From NCBI GenBank assembly GCA_031441465.1, contig JANOEP010000061.1:32001-96000 (forward strand): a stretch of DNA of 64,000 nt, read 5' to 3'. Both the position numbers and the translations under genes were made by a program. Source of the stretch: a bacterium. GTDB taxonomy: Bacteria > Krumholzibacteriota > Krumholzibacteriia > LZORAL124-64-63. The notes under the pieces are model-generated. The model ran no database searches, was not told where the DNA came from, and saw only the letters and a program-made list of their open reading frames with translations. Shown one piece after another: positions 18,601-28,871 of the stretch; the first letter of the stretch is position 1; each line of letters starts with the position of its first letter.

Positions 18601-18737
18601 GATCGGGCGCGGACATCCAGAAGCCGCTCGCGGTGGTGGTGATGGGCGGGCTCGTCACTTCGACCCTGCTCACGCTGATCGTGCTGCCCACCCTCTACGC
18701 GCTGGTGGAAGGACGGCGCGCCGGTCACTCGAAGTGA
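15666..18737 (+). CDS. Heavy-metal efflux RND permease (CzcA/CusA family)
   Basis: LPIDAFPDVTN, GPISTGLGEIY, VDASIVVVEN, EFMPPLDEG, RFRPLLMT; 1023 aa. Confidence 0.93.
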   Translation: MRTVTLLLNNRLLVLLATAVLVAAGVVAWLHLPIDAFPDVTNTQVVIISQAPGFAAVDVEQRVSYPIEQVMRGLPRVQQVRSLSRAGLSQVVIVFEDGADTYWTRQVVFERLDAAREQLPPGVEPELGPISTGLGEIYQYTLEGDDETAMELRSIQDWLVAPWLKPIPGVNEVNSFGGEVKQYQVLVSPEMLLKYGLTVNDVVDAVEQGNANSGGGVVVRGWEQMYLRGVGLLRDIPDLENIVLKAADGAPVYLRDVAGVVIGAEPRQGAVSRDGKGEVVAGMIIMLKGENAKEVVGRVQNAVAKLQGALPEGVRLNVFYDRTSLIEACIHTVIKALLEGGIFVILVLFLFVAELRSALIVVVSLPLTFLVTFILMGSAGITSNLMSLGGLAFSVGMVVDASIVVVENSRRHLAHLTDSASRRRVVAEAVVEVAKPVAFSVLIIAVILVPLFTLQGIEGKMFAPLAGTMLIALLVSLVVAFTIIPVLGERFLGQGPEREFGFIRRFHRGYVRLLSRAVRRPALTLGISGGVLVASLALIPLMGTEFMPPLDEGALAVNVVRLPNASLDGSVRVSSFIEQRLRKFPEVETVVSKTGRAEISEDPMGPEQTDVFIMLKPRKEWDAGRDKDELVDAIQKDLSEIPGLRFSFSQPIALRVNELISGVKSDLAIKVFGPDLEVLKSFADRAAAVLQGIEGARDVKVEQVSGMSQIDVVIDRQAVARHGIKIADVNAAIETAVAGKLATTLIEGQRRIAVVVRFPEAARGSIPVLERLLITAPGGERVPLAQIAAFEVVEAPAQVSRENGMRRVVAEANIRGRDLGGFVGEVQTRLAPLVEELPIGYYVEYGGQFENQQRAMRQLSIVVPVALLLIMVLLTMALGSIWNALLVLLNLPFALIGGVIAVVVFRMPVSVSAAVAFIVLLGIAVQNGVVLVAFFRQLRERGESVADTVIKGCDLRFRPLLMTALASFIGHLPMLYATGSGADIQKPLAVVVMGGLVTSTLLTLIVLPTLYALVEGRRAGHSK

Positions 18738-18780
18738 CCGGCGCGCTTATCCCGCCAAGGCGGGGCGGACCTGCCGCGGT

Positions 18781-19293
18781 CTAGGCTGCGGCCGGAGGCG
18801 TGGGCGCGGGGCGGACGGCCAGTTCGCGGTCCAGCATGAACATGCCCGGTCCGGTGCCGCCCATCATCGCCAGCTTGCCGAGGATGGCTTCGACGGCCGC
18901 TTCCTCCTCGACCTGCTCGCTGACGAACCACTGCAGCGTGATGTTGGTGGCGTAGTCGTTCTCCTTCATGGCCAGGCCCGCGAGGTTGTTGATGTTTTCG
19001 GTCATGTGACGCTCGTGGTCCAGCGCCGCCTGGAACATCGCGACGGGGTCGGCCCAATCCGTCACGGGCTGGGGCACGGCGCTCAGCAGGGCGTGCCCGC
19101 CGGTGGCGTGGGCGTAGTCGAAGAACTTCATCGCGTGCTGCAGTTCTTCCTGCGCCTGCATGCGCATCCAGTGCGCGAAGCCCTCGTAGTTGCGGGCCTG
19201 GGACCAGGCGGACATCGCCAGGTACAGGTAGGCGGAATAGAATTCGGCCTGGATCTGCTCGTTCAGGGCCTTCTGGATCTTCTCCTTCAGCAC
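18781..19293 (-). CDS. ftnA: Non-heme ferritin
   Basis: LNEQI.AEFYSAYLY, QAQEE..HA, EHE, LQWFV.EQVEEE; GAAGGAG RBS before GTG. Confidence 0.92.
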   Translation of the reverse strand: MLKEKIQKALNEQIQAEFYSAYLYLAMSAWSQARNYEGFAHWMRMQAQEELQHAMKFFDYAHATGGHALLSAVPQPVTDWADPVAMFQAALDHERHMTENINNLAGLAMKENDYATNITLQWFVSEQVEEEAAVEAILGKLAMMGGTGPGMFMLDRELAVRPAPTPPAAA

Positions 19294-19687
19294 GGCGGGT
19301 CTCCTTCGTCGGGGTCGATCAGGGCGGTTCCGGGTCGCAGGATTTCGGGAGGGCCGGGACCCGTCGCGAGGCGACGGCGTACCGGCCGCATGGTCACAAG
19401 GTAAGACCATGCCGGGGCACCGTCACGAAAAAAGCCCCGGACGCCCAATGGGGCATTGCCCTCGCGGGTATATCTTGATATTCGTGTTCAGGTGAGCGGG
19501 TGGCGGCGTCCCTGGTTCGTGCCGATCATGGGCCGCGCCGCCGCGGCGCCCCGATTTTCCGGGGGTGGCCGCGCCGCCTGCGACTCCCGCCTGAACCTGG
19601 CCGGTCCCCGCCGGATCGGCCGTCTTCTCGCGCCCCCCGCACCGGTGCGGGGCCGCGGCCCCCGCGGGCCTGGAAAGGAACGACTCC

Positions 19688-20785
19688 ATGCCGAAGAAGG
19701 AACTCGATACCTTCAGCGTCTCCTACCTCTCCATCCTGGACGAGGACGGGAATGTGGACAAGGAACTCGAGCCGAAACTGAAGAAGCCCGAGCTGATCGA
19801 ACTCTACCGCCAGATGGTCTGGGCGCGCCGCACCGACGAGCGCATGCTCAAGCTGCAGCGCCAGGGCCGCATCGGCACCTTCGGGCCGAGCACCGGTCAG
19901 GAGGCGTCCCAGTGCGCCGTCGCCTTCGCCATGAAGAAGCAGGACTGGTTCGCCGGCGCCTTCCGCGAGCACGGCGTGCGCCTGCTGCGCGGCGAGACCC
20001 TCACCCGGCAGCTGCTCTACTACAACGGCCACGAAGAGGGCAACATCAACGACGGGGCGGCCAACCCGCGCAATCTGCCCATCTCGGTCATCGTGGGCGC
20101 GCAGCCCCTGCACGCGGTGGGCCTGGCCTACGCCATGCGGCTGCAGGGGGAGAACGAGACCTGCGCCGTGACCATGATGGGCGACGGCGCCACCAGCGAG
20201 GGCGACTTCCACGAGGCGATGAACTTCGCGGCCGTCTGGAACCTGCCGGTGCTGTTCGTGGTGCAGAACAACCAGTGGGCGATCTCGGTGCCCCGCTCGA
20301 AGCAGACCAAGTCAGCGACCATCGCGCAGAAGGCCATCGCCTACGGCATGCCCGGCGTCCAGGTCGACGGCAACGACGCGCTAGCGGTCTACGCCGCCGC
20401 CGCCGAGGCGCTCGACCGCGGCCGACGCGGCGAGGGGCCGACCCTGATCGAGACCGTGACCTACCGCCTGATGATGCACACCACGGCCGACGACCAGTAC
20501 AAGTATCGCACCAAGGAAGAGGAAGAGTTGTGGTGGCGCCGCGACCCCCTGGTGCGCTTCCGCGGCTACCTCGAGGCGAAGAAGATCTGGTCGGAGAAGG
20601 ACCAGGAGGCCCTCGAGGAGGAGTACAGGCTGGAGATCGAGAAACAGGTGAAGGCCTTCGAGGAGATGTCGGGCTGGAAGCCGGACGCGCCCTTCGATCA
20701 CGTCTTCGGCACACGTCACGAGCGCATCGAGGCGCAGCGCCGGGAGTTCCTGGCCGAGATCGCGAAGGAGGCCGCCCGTGGCTAA
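19688..20785 (+). CDS. pdhA: Pyruvate/2-oxoacid dehydrogenase E1 alpha
   Basis: LQRQGRIG, TPP motif GDGATSEGD...NN, HTTADD. Confidence 0.9.
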   Translation: MPKKELDTFSVSYLSILDEDGNVDKELEPKLKKPELIELYRQMVWARRTDERMLKLQRQGRIGTFGPSTGQEASQCAVAFAMKKQDWFAGAFREHGVRLLRGETLTRQLLYYNGHEEGNINDGAANPRNLPISVIVGAQPLHAVGLAYAMRLQGENETCAVTMMGDGATSEGDFHEAMNFAAVWNLPVLFVVQNNQWAISVPRSKQTKSATIAQKAIAYGMPGVQVDGNDALAVYAAAAEALDRGRRGEGPTLIETVTYRLMMHTTADDQYKYRTKEEEELWWRRDPLVRFRGYLEAKKIWSEKDQEALEEEYRLEIEKQVKAFEEMSGWKPDAPFDHVFGTRHERIEAQRREFLAEIAKEAARG

Positions 20786-21758
20786 GCTCAACATGGTCCA
20801 GGCCATCAACCTCGCCCTGGACGAGATGATGGCGGAAGATCCCAGCGTGGTCGTGCTGGGCGAGGATGTCGGCGTCGACGGCGGCGTGTTCCGCGTCACC
20901 GAGGGTCTGATCGAGAAGTACGGCGAGGCGCGCGTGATCGACACGCCGCTGGCCGAGAGCGCGATCATCGGCACGGCCATCGGCATGGCCCTGGCCGGCC
21001 TGAAGCCCGTCGGCGAGATGCAGTTCTGCGGCTTCTCCTACATCATGATCCCGCAGCTCGAAGGCCACGGCTCGCGCTACCGCGCGCGCACGCACGGGCA
21101 GTTCCACGTGCCCCTGGTCATGCGCGTGCCCTACGGCGGCGGCGTGCGCGCGCTCGAGCACCACTCCGAGAGCCGCGAGGCCGCCCTGGGCCACCTGCCG
21201 GGCGTGAAGGTCGTCATCCCGTCGGGACCGCGCAACGCGCGGTCGCTGATGCGGGCGTCGATCCTCGATCCCGATCCGGTGGTCTACATGGAGCCCAAGC
21301 GCTCGTACCGCGCCTTCAAGGAGGAGGTGCCGGAGACGCCCGAGACGATCGAGATCGGCCGCGCGCAGGTGGTGCAGGAAGGCACCGACATCACGGTGAT
21401 CGCCTGGGGCGCGATGATGCACACCACCAAGAAGGCCGTCGAGGAGATCCGCCAGGCGCGCGGCGCCAGCATCGAGCTGATCGACCTGCTGACGATCTCG
21501 CCCATGGACACCGAGACGATCTGCGCCTCGGTGCGCAAGACGGGCCGCCTGGCCGTCGTCCAGGAGGCCCCGCTCAGCTTCGGACCCGCCAGCGAGATCA
21601 TCGCCACGGTCAACGACCACGCCCTGATGCACCTCGAGGCGCCCGTGAAGCGCGTGAGCGGCTACGACGTCGTCACGCCCTACTTCAGCCGCGAGAACCT
21701 CTTCATGCCGACCGTCGGGCGCGCCCGCCGCGGCATCGAGGAAGTGCTGGATTTCTAA
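20778..21758 (+). CDS. pdhB: Pyruvate/2-oxoacid dehydrogenase E1 beta
   Basis: GEDVG.DGGVFR, DTPLAE, HHSES, SVRKTGR. Confidence 0.9.
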   Translation: MAKLNMVQAINLALDEMMAEDPSVVVLGEDVGVDGGVFRVTEGLIEKYGEARVIDTPLAESAIIGTAIGMALAGLKPVGEMQFCGFSYIMIPQLEGHGSRYRARTHGQFHVPLVMRVPYGGGVRALEHHSESREAALGHLPGVKVVIPSGPRNARSLMRASILDPDPVVYMEPKRSYRAFKEEVPETPETIEIGRAQVVQEGTDITVIAWGAMMHTTKKAVEEIRQARGASIELIDLLTISPMDTETICASVRKTGRLAVVQEAPLSFGPASEIIATVNDHALMHLEAPVKRVSGYDVVTPYFSRENLFMPTVGRARRGIEEVLDF

Positions 21759-21782
21759 ACGGAGCCGTCGAGGAGGAAGCCG

Positions 21783-23180
21783 ATGTTCGAGTTCAAGCTG
21801 CCCGACCTGGGCGAAGGCATCCACGAGGGCGAAGTCCTCAAGTGGCACGTCCAGCCCGGCGACGTCGTGGTCGAGGACGCCCCGCTGGTCGAGGTCGAGA
21901 CGGACAAGGCGGCCGTGACCATCCCGTCGCCCCGCGGCGGCAAGGTGGTCTCCACCACCGGTGAGATCGGCGACGTCGTGGCGACGGGCCAGGTCATCGC
22001 GGTCATCGACGATGGCCAGGGCGCCTCGGTCACGCCTGCGGCGGCCGCCGCCGCTCCCGCGAGCAAGCCCGCCGCCGCCGGCCGCGCCGCGGAGGAGATG
22101 CCGGCCGGGTTGCCCGTCGAAGAGCCGGTAAAGGCCGCGCCCGCCGCCCCTCCCGCCCGCGCCGTGACGCAGCCCAACAGCACGGTCTCCGGCCGGCCGG
22201 TGCCCGCGGCCCCGGCCACGCGCCGCCTGGCCCGTGAACTGGGCGTGGACCTGACGCTGGTGCCCGGCACCGGCCCCGGTGGCCGTGTGACGCCCGCCGA
22301 CGTGCAGGCCTTCCTGGCCGGCGGCGCGCCCGCGCCGGCAGCCGCGGCCGCGACCGCGCCGGCGACCGCAACCGCCGACCGGGCCGTCGACGGCACGACG
22401 CGCATGGCCGCCGCCGCCGCCGCGAGCGCCATCCCGTTCCTGGACCTCGAGCCCATGCCCGACTTCTCGCTGCAGGGTCCGGTGGAGATCGAGCCGCTGC
22501 GCTCGATCCGCCGCAAGGTGGCGCGCAAGATGACGACCTCGATGATCCTGGTGCCGCACGTCGCCCACATGGACGACGCCGACGTCACCGCGCTCGAGGA
22601 GTTCCGCCTGAGGATGAAGACGCAGCGCGAAGGTGAGCCCGTCGGCAAGCTGACCCTGCTGTCGTTCGTGATCCGGGCGATCACCGCGGGCCTGCGGGCG
22701 GCGCCGGCGTTCAACGCCAGCCTCGACCCGTTCCGCGAAGAGATCATCTACAAGAAGTACTACAACATCGGCTTCGCGGCGGACACCGGCAAGGGTCTGG
22801 TGGTGCCGGTGATCCGGGGCACCGACGTCAAGAGCATCCGCGAAATCTCGCGCGAGATCGAAGAGAAGGCCGCGCTGGCCCGCGAGGGCAAGCTGCCGCT
22901 GGAGGACATGCAGGGCGGCACCTTCACGATCACCAACGTCGGCCCGCTCGGCGGCACCGCCCTGATCCCCACGATCAACTACCCCGAGGTGGCGATCCTG
23001 GGCATGGGCCGCGTTCAGGAGAAGCCGGTGGTGCGCGACGGCCAGATCGTGATCCGCAAGATCCTGCCGCTGACCCTGGCCTTCGACCACCGCGTGGCCG
23101 ACGGCGCCGACGCGGCGCGCTTCGTGGGCGAGCTGGTGCGCAACCTGAGCGACCCGAACCTGCTGCTGCTGGACACCTAG
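21783..23180 (+). CDS. pdhC: Dihydrolipoamide acyltransferase E2 with one lipoyl domain
   Basis: ETDKA lipoyl site, GTGPGGRV peripheral-subunit-binding motif, catalytic DHRVADG. Confidence 0.92.
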   Translation: MFEFKLPDLGEGIHEGEVLKWHVQPGDVVVEDAPLVEVETDKAAVTIPSPRGGKVVSTTGEIGDVVATGQVIAVIDDGQGASVTPAAAAAAPASKPAAAGRAAEEMPAGLPVEEPVKAAPAAPPARAVTQPNSTVSGRPVPAAPATRRLARELGVDLTLVPGTGPGGRVTPADVQAFLAGGAPAPAAAAATAPATATADRAVDGTTRMAAAAAASAIPFLDLEPMPDFSLQGPVEIEPLRSIRRKVARKMTTSMILVPHVAHMDDADVTALEEFRLRMKTQREGEPVGKLTLLSFVIRAITAGLRAAPAFNASLDPFREEIIYKKYYNIGFAADTGKGLVVPVIRGTDVKSIREISREIEEKAALAREGKLPLEDMQGGTFTITNVGPLGGTALIPTINYPEVAILGMGRVQEKPVVRDGQIVIRKILPLTLAFDHRVADGADAARFVGELVRNLSDPNLLLLDT

Positions 23181-23199
23181 ACCGAAGGAGAGGCCGCTC

Positions 23200-24606
<1,407 letters not shown>

Positions 24607-24663
24607 ACGAGCGGCCGGACGGCGGGCGGCCCGCGCCACCGCCCGGCGCGACACCGGGACGCC

Positions 24664-25335
24664 ATGCCCCACCACTTCCATAACGACGAACCAGCCCCCG
24701 GGGACACGTTCGCCGGGGATTTTCCCGACTGGGACCTGGACGCGGACCTGCTCGCGTCGGTGTCCGCCGGCGGGCCCGCGCGCTCGCGCGTGCTGCGCTG
24801 CGGATCCCCGCAGGTCGTGATCGGCCGCGGCGGGCGAGCCGCCGTCGAGGTGGACCTCGCGGCGGCGCGCGCGGCCGGCGTGCCGGTGCTACGGCGCCCG
24901 GGCGGCGGCTGCGCGGTGCTGCTGGATCGGGGCAACCTCGTCGTGTCGCTGGTCGCGCCGATGGCCGGCATCGGCGGCGTGACCACGGCTTTCCGCGCCG
25001 CCACGGCCTGGATCGTGGCCGGCCTGGCCGACTGCGGCGTCGCGGGCGTCGTGGGGGACGGGGTCAGCGACCTGGTGCTGGACGACCGCAAGGTGGGCGG
25101 CTCCTGCATCCAACGCACGCGGGGGCTGGTCTACTACAGCACGACGCTGCTGTTCGACCCCGACCTCGACCTCATGGAGAGGGTCCTGCCTCACCCGCCG
25201 CGCGAGCCTCGTTACCGTCGGGGCCGGTCCCACCGCGCGTTCCTCGGCCGGATCGGTCTGCCTCTGGCGGGCGATCCCGAGGACTTCATCCTCCGGCTCG
25301 GGCAAAGTCTAGCCGCCAATCTTCCGAACCTGTAG
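24664..25335 (+). CDS. Lipoate-protein ligase A family catalytic domain
   Basis: RRPGGGCAV, SDLVL.DRKVGG; follows E3. Confidence 0.8.
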   Translation: MPHHFHNDEPAPGDTFAGDFPDWDLDADLLASVSAGGPARSRVLRCGSPQVVIGRGGRAAVEVDLAAARAAGVPVLRRPGGGCAVLLDRGNLVVSLVAPMAGIGGVTTAFRAATAWIVAGLADCGVAGVVGDGVSDLVLDDRKVGGSCIQRTRGLVYYSTTLLFDPDLDLMERVLPHPPREPRYRRGRSHRAFLGRIGLPLAGDPEDFILRLGQSLAANLPNL

Positions 25336-25519
25336 TTCTGGCCGCAAGATTGTCCCTGACTGCGGCGAGGCACCTGGGCCGCGCCGCTTCTGGTACCTCA
25401 GAAGACGCAATTCATTCGATACCAATGGCTTATCGGCAACGCCGCCGTCACCAGGTTGTACCCTCAGTGATGGCTCTCCCGGGACAGGGACAATTTCATG
25501 GCCAGAACCATCGGGATCA

Positions 25520-25537
25520 TTGTTGAATAAATAACAC
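25520..25537. promoter_or_regulatory. Candidate Rex operator
   Basis: TTGTTGA-ATAA-ATAACAC versus TTGTTAA-N4-TTAACAA (3 mismatches); lies upstream of rex. Confidence 0.45.
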
Positions 25538-25731
25538 TAAAGATGGAGATTTTATCTATTAATATTTCAATACATTACCTAGTGAAAGCCCGCACAGCAA
25601 TGATAATATGAAATCGAGCATCATCATCAATTGACGCGACCAGCCCCCAAATCCCCCCGTGGCGACAAGTTATCTATCGTCATTGTTAACAGTCATCTAT
25701 CGAACCATCGTGAAAATATCTCAATGCCGGC

Positions 25732-25782
25732 TTGACATGGCCGATTCAAATGATGAGCTTGAAGACGTTAACGAATAAACAC
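25732..25782 (+). promoter_or_regulatory. Candidate sigma70 promoter of the rex-hyd operon with a downstream Rex-like box
   Basis: Perfect TTGACA at 25732, weak -10 near 25754-25760; ACGTTAACGAATAAACAC at 25765-25782 shares GTT-N8-AACAC with the 25520 site. Confidence 0.4.
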
Positions 25783-25802
25783 GTTGGCGCAGGGAGACCG
25801 AC

Positions 25803-26429
25803 ATGAAGCGGGCCAAGGCGGAGATCCCCCTCAAGACGATGGAGCGCCTGGTGATGTACCGGCGCTTGCTGCAGTACCTCGCCGCCGAGGGGTGCGCGTT
25901 CGTTTTCTCTCATGAACTGGCCAAGCTGGCGAACAACACCGCGGCGCAGGTCCGCCGCGACCTGATGATCATCGGTCACCACGGCAGCCCCATCCGCGGC
26001 TACGGCGTGCGCTCGCTCGGGGCGCACATCGACCGCCTGCTGGCCCACCACGAGCCCAGCCGCGTCGCCCTGGTGGGTGCGGGCAACCTCGGGCGCGCCA
26101 TCCTCGCGCACGTCGGTTTCCAGCTGCCCGGCATCACCATCCTGGCGGCCTTCGACAGCGACGAGGAACGCTCCGGGCGCGTGATCGCCGGCGTGCGCTG
26201 CTACCCGGTGAGGGAACTGGAGCGTCGCGTCGTCGAGTTGGGGATCAACCTCGGGATCCTCGCGGTGCCGGCGTCCGAGGCCCAGGAAGTGGCCGAGCGC
26301 CTCGCGGCGGTCGGCGTGACCGGCATCCTGAACTTCGCCCCGGTCCCGCTGCGCCTGCCGCAGGGCGTGGTGGTGGACGAGATCGACATCGGCATGAAGC
26401 TGGAGCGCATCGCCCTTTGCTGCCAGTGA
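25803..26429 (+). CDS. rex: Redox-sensing transcriptional repressor Rex
   Basis: Winged helix ERL..YRR.L..SHELA...QVRRDL; Rossmann LVGAGNLG; ILAVP..AQ, GILNFAP. Confidence 0.9.
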   Translation: MKRAKAEIPLKTMERLVMYRRLLQYLAAEGCAFVFSHELAKLANNTAAQVRRDLMIIGHHGSPIRGYGVRSLGAHIDRLLAHHEPSRVALVGAGNLGRAILAHVGFQLPGITILAAFDSDEERSGRVIAGVRCYPVRELERRVVELGINLGILAVPASEAQEVAERLAAVGVTGILNFAPVPLRLPQGVVVDEIDIGMKLERIALCCQ

Positions 26430-26443
26430 GGAGGAGCACGATC

Positions 26444-26929
26444 ATGAGCCCGCGCGTCGTCGACATCCTGGATGGCTTTCCCGGCGCCCACCGCGACAGC
26501 CTGATCCCGATCCTGCAGGCCGTGCAGGAGCAGGAGGGTTTCCTGTCGCAGGATTCCGTCCTGGCGATCGGACGCCACCTGGACCTGCCCGCCAGCAAGG
26601 TCTACGGGGTGGCCACCTTCTACAACCAGTTCCGGTTCACGCCGGTCGGCCGCTTGCACGTGCTGGTCTGCCGCGGCACGGCCTGCCACGTGAAGGGTTC
26701 GGCCAACGTGCTCGACGCGATCGAGCGGGAACTCGGCGTGAAGGCGGGCGGCACCACGCGCGACGGGCTGTTCAGCCTCGAGGTCGTGGCCTGCATCGGG
26801 GCCTGCGGCCTCGCGCCGGTCATCTCCGTCGGCGGCGAGTTCCACGCCGGGGTCGCTCCGCGCGACGTGCCCGGCATCTTCGCGGCCTACCGCGAGCGGG
26901 CGAAGGAGGGCAGCACCGATGCAGCCTGA
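26444..26929 (+). CDS. hydC: NuoE-like [2Fe-2S] subunit of multimeric [FeFe]-hydrogenase (HydC/HndA)
   Basis: GVATFY..F, CRGTACHVKG, CIGACGLAP. Confidence 0.9.
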   Translation: MSPRVVDILDGFPGAHRDSLIPILQAVQEQEGFLSQDSVLAIGRHLDLPASKVYGVATFYNQFRFTPVGRLHVLVCRGTACHVKGSANVLDAIERELGVKAGGTTRDGLFSLEVVACIGACGLAPVISVGGEFHAGVAPRDVPGIFAAYRERAKEGSTDAA

Positions 26930-28871
26930 CGCGATGAACGGGACGAATTGGTGCGGTGCGCGCCTGAACAGCCTGCTGCGCGACGGCGCCGGTCACGACG
27001 CGGACCTGTCGGCCGAGCTGAGACGGCTGCGCCGCGAGGAGATGGCCCGGCCGGTCGTCTACGTGGGCGCCGGGACCTGCGGCCTCGGCGCGGGCGCGGG
27101 CAAGGTGCTCGCCGCCGTGCGCGAACACCTCGCGGCCGCGGGGGTCGACGCCGAGGTGGTCGAGACCGGCTGCATCGGCCTCTGCTCCGAGGAACCCCTG
27201 CTGGAGGTGCAGTTGCCGGGCCGGGCGCGGGCGGTCTTCAGTCGCGTGAAGCCGCAGGACGTGCCGGGCATCCTCGACGCCATGCTGGCCGGCACGGTGC
27301 CGACGGCGCACTACTTGGGTCAGCACGGGCCGGACGGCCTGCGGCGCTGGGACGGCCTGTCCGCGCTCGCCGACCACCCGTTCTTCGCCAAGCAGACCCG
27401 CTGGGTGCTGCGCAACTGCGGCCTGATCGATCCGGGCCGCATCGAGGAGTCCCTGGCCTGCGGCGGGTACCGGGGCCTGGCCAAGGCGCTGCGGTCGCTG
27501 ACCCCGGCCGAGGTCTGCGCCGAGGTCGAGCGCAGCGGGCTGCGCGGGCGCGGCGGCGGCGGCTTCCCCACCGGCCGCAAGTGGACCTTCGCCCTGAACA
27601 CCGCCGCCGATCAGCGCTACATGATCTGCAACGCCGACGAGGGCGATCCCGGCGCCTTCATGGACCGCGCCGTCATCGAGGGCGACCCGCACCGCGTGCT
27701 CGAAGGCCTGGCCCTGGCCGCCTACGCGATCGGCGCGTCGAAGGCCTACATCTACATCCGCGCCGAGTACCCGCTGGCCATCCGGCGCCTGCGCGCGGCC
27801 ATCGCCCAGGCCGAGGCCTGCGGCCTGCTGGGCGACGACATCCTGGAGAGCGGCTTCGACCTCAAGGTGGTCATCAAGATGGGGGCCGGCGCCTTCGTCT
27901 GCGGCGAGGAGACCGCCCTGATCCACAGCATCGAAGGCCGACGCGGCATGCCGCGGCCCCGGCCGCCGTTCCCGGCCGTCTCGGGTCTGTTCGGCAAGCC
28001 GTCGGTGATCAACAACGTCGAGACCCTGGCCAACGTGCCGGAGATCGTGGTCAGGGGCGCGGACTGGTTCTCCTCGCTGGGCACCGAGGGCAGCAAGGGC
28101 ACGAAGGTGTTCGCGCTGTCGGGCAAGGTCGCGCGCACGGGCCTGGTCGAGGTGGCGATGGGCACGACGGTCCGCGAGATCGTGTTCGGGGCGGGCGGCG
28201 GCATCCCCGGCGGCAAGGCCTACAAGGCCGTGCAGATCGGCGGGCCGAGCGGCGGCTGCATCCCCGAGCAGCACCTCGACATCATGGTCGACTACGAGTC
28301 CCTCAAGACGGTGGGCGCGATGATGGGTTCCGGCGGCCTGGTCGTCATGGACGAGGACACCTGCATGGTGGACGTGGCGCGCTTCTTCATGGACTTCATC
28401 CAGCGCGAGAGCTGCGGCAAGTGCATCCCCTGCCGCGAGGGGACCAAGCACCTGCGCGACATGCTCGACGCGATCGTGCGCGGCCGGCGCCACGAAAAGG
28501 GCGCCGACGCCCTGGCCCGCTTCAAGGGCGTGACCTACCTGCCGCGCCTGGCCGAGGTCATCCGCGAGACCAGCCTCTGCGGGCTGGGCATGACCGCCCC
28601 GAACCCCGTGCTCAGCACGATGCGCTGGTTCCCGGAGGAATACGAGGCGCACATCTACGAGCGCCGGTGCCCCGCCAAGGTGTGCCGCGACCTGCTGACC
28701 TTCGACATCGACACCGAGAAGTGCAAGGGCTGCACGCTGTGCGCGCGGGCCTGCCCGTCCGGCGCCATCGTCGGCGGCAAGAAGCAGCCGCACCTGATCG
28801 TCCACGACAAGTGCATCGCCTGCGGCGCCTGCCTCGAGGCCTGCAAGTTCGAAGCGGTGGAGGTTTCCTGA
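26919..28871 (+). CDS. hydB: NuoF-like FMN/NAD diaphorase subunit (HydB) with N-terminal thioredoxin-like [2Fe-2S] and C-terminal 2x[4Fe-4S]
   Basis: GLRGRGGGGFP, NADEGDPGAFMDR, GAFVCGEET, GGPSG, CGKCIPCREG, two ferredoxin motifs. Confidence 0.93.
   Translation: MQPDAMNGTNWCGARLNSLLRDGAGHDADLSAELRRLRREEMARPVVYVGAGTCGLGAGAGKVLAAVREHLAAAGVDAEVVETGCIGLCSEEPLLEVQLPGRARAVFSRVKPQDVPGILDAMLAGTVPTAHYLGQHGPDGLRRWDGLSALADHPFFAKQTRWVLRNCGLIDPGRIEESLACGGYRGLAKALRSLTPAEVCAEVERSGLRGRGGGGFPTGRKWTFALNTAADQRYMICNADEGDPGAFMDRAVIEGDPHRVLEGLALAAYAIGASKAYIYIRAEYPLAIRRLRAAIAQAEACGLLGDDILESGFDLKVVIKMGAGAFVCGEETALIHSIEGRRGMPRPRPPFPAVSGLFGKPSVINNVETLANVPEIVVRGADWFSSLGTEGSKGTKVFALSGKVARTGLVEVAMGTTVREIVFGAGGGIPGGKAYKAVQIGGPSGGCIPEQHLDIMVDYESLKTVGAMMGSGGLVVMDEDTCMVDVARFFMDFIQRESCGKCIPCREGTKHLRDMLDAIVRGRRHEKGADALARFKGVTYLPRLAEVIRETSLCGLGMTAPNPVLSTMRWFPEEYEAHIYERRCPAKVCRDLLTFDIDTEKCKGCTLCARACPSGAIVGGKKQPHLIVHDKCIACGACLEACKFEAVEVS

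Noticed and set aside
15648..18728. Very long antisense ORFs (also 20088-23243, 30369-32510, 50571-53663, 54947-57661)
   Set aside because: They mirror well-supported sense genes, lack motifs, and are expected from high-GC codon bias.
19428..19454. Attenuator or riboswitch upstream of ferritin (GCCCC...GGGGC plus T6 on the minus strand)
   Set aside because: Only a 5-bp stem with a large loop, and a plausible ferritin promoter lies downstream of it.
26948..28870. 1219-aa giant hydrogenase, and similar upstream extensions of actB, hydG, coxB and coxC
   Set aside because: The extensions are Arg/Pro-rich alternative frames overlapping real genes; true starts overlap upstream stop codons.
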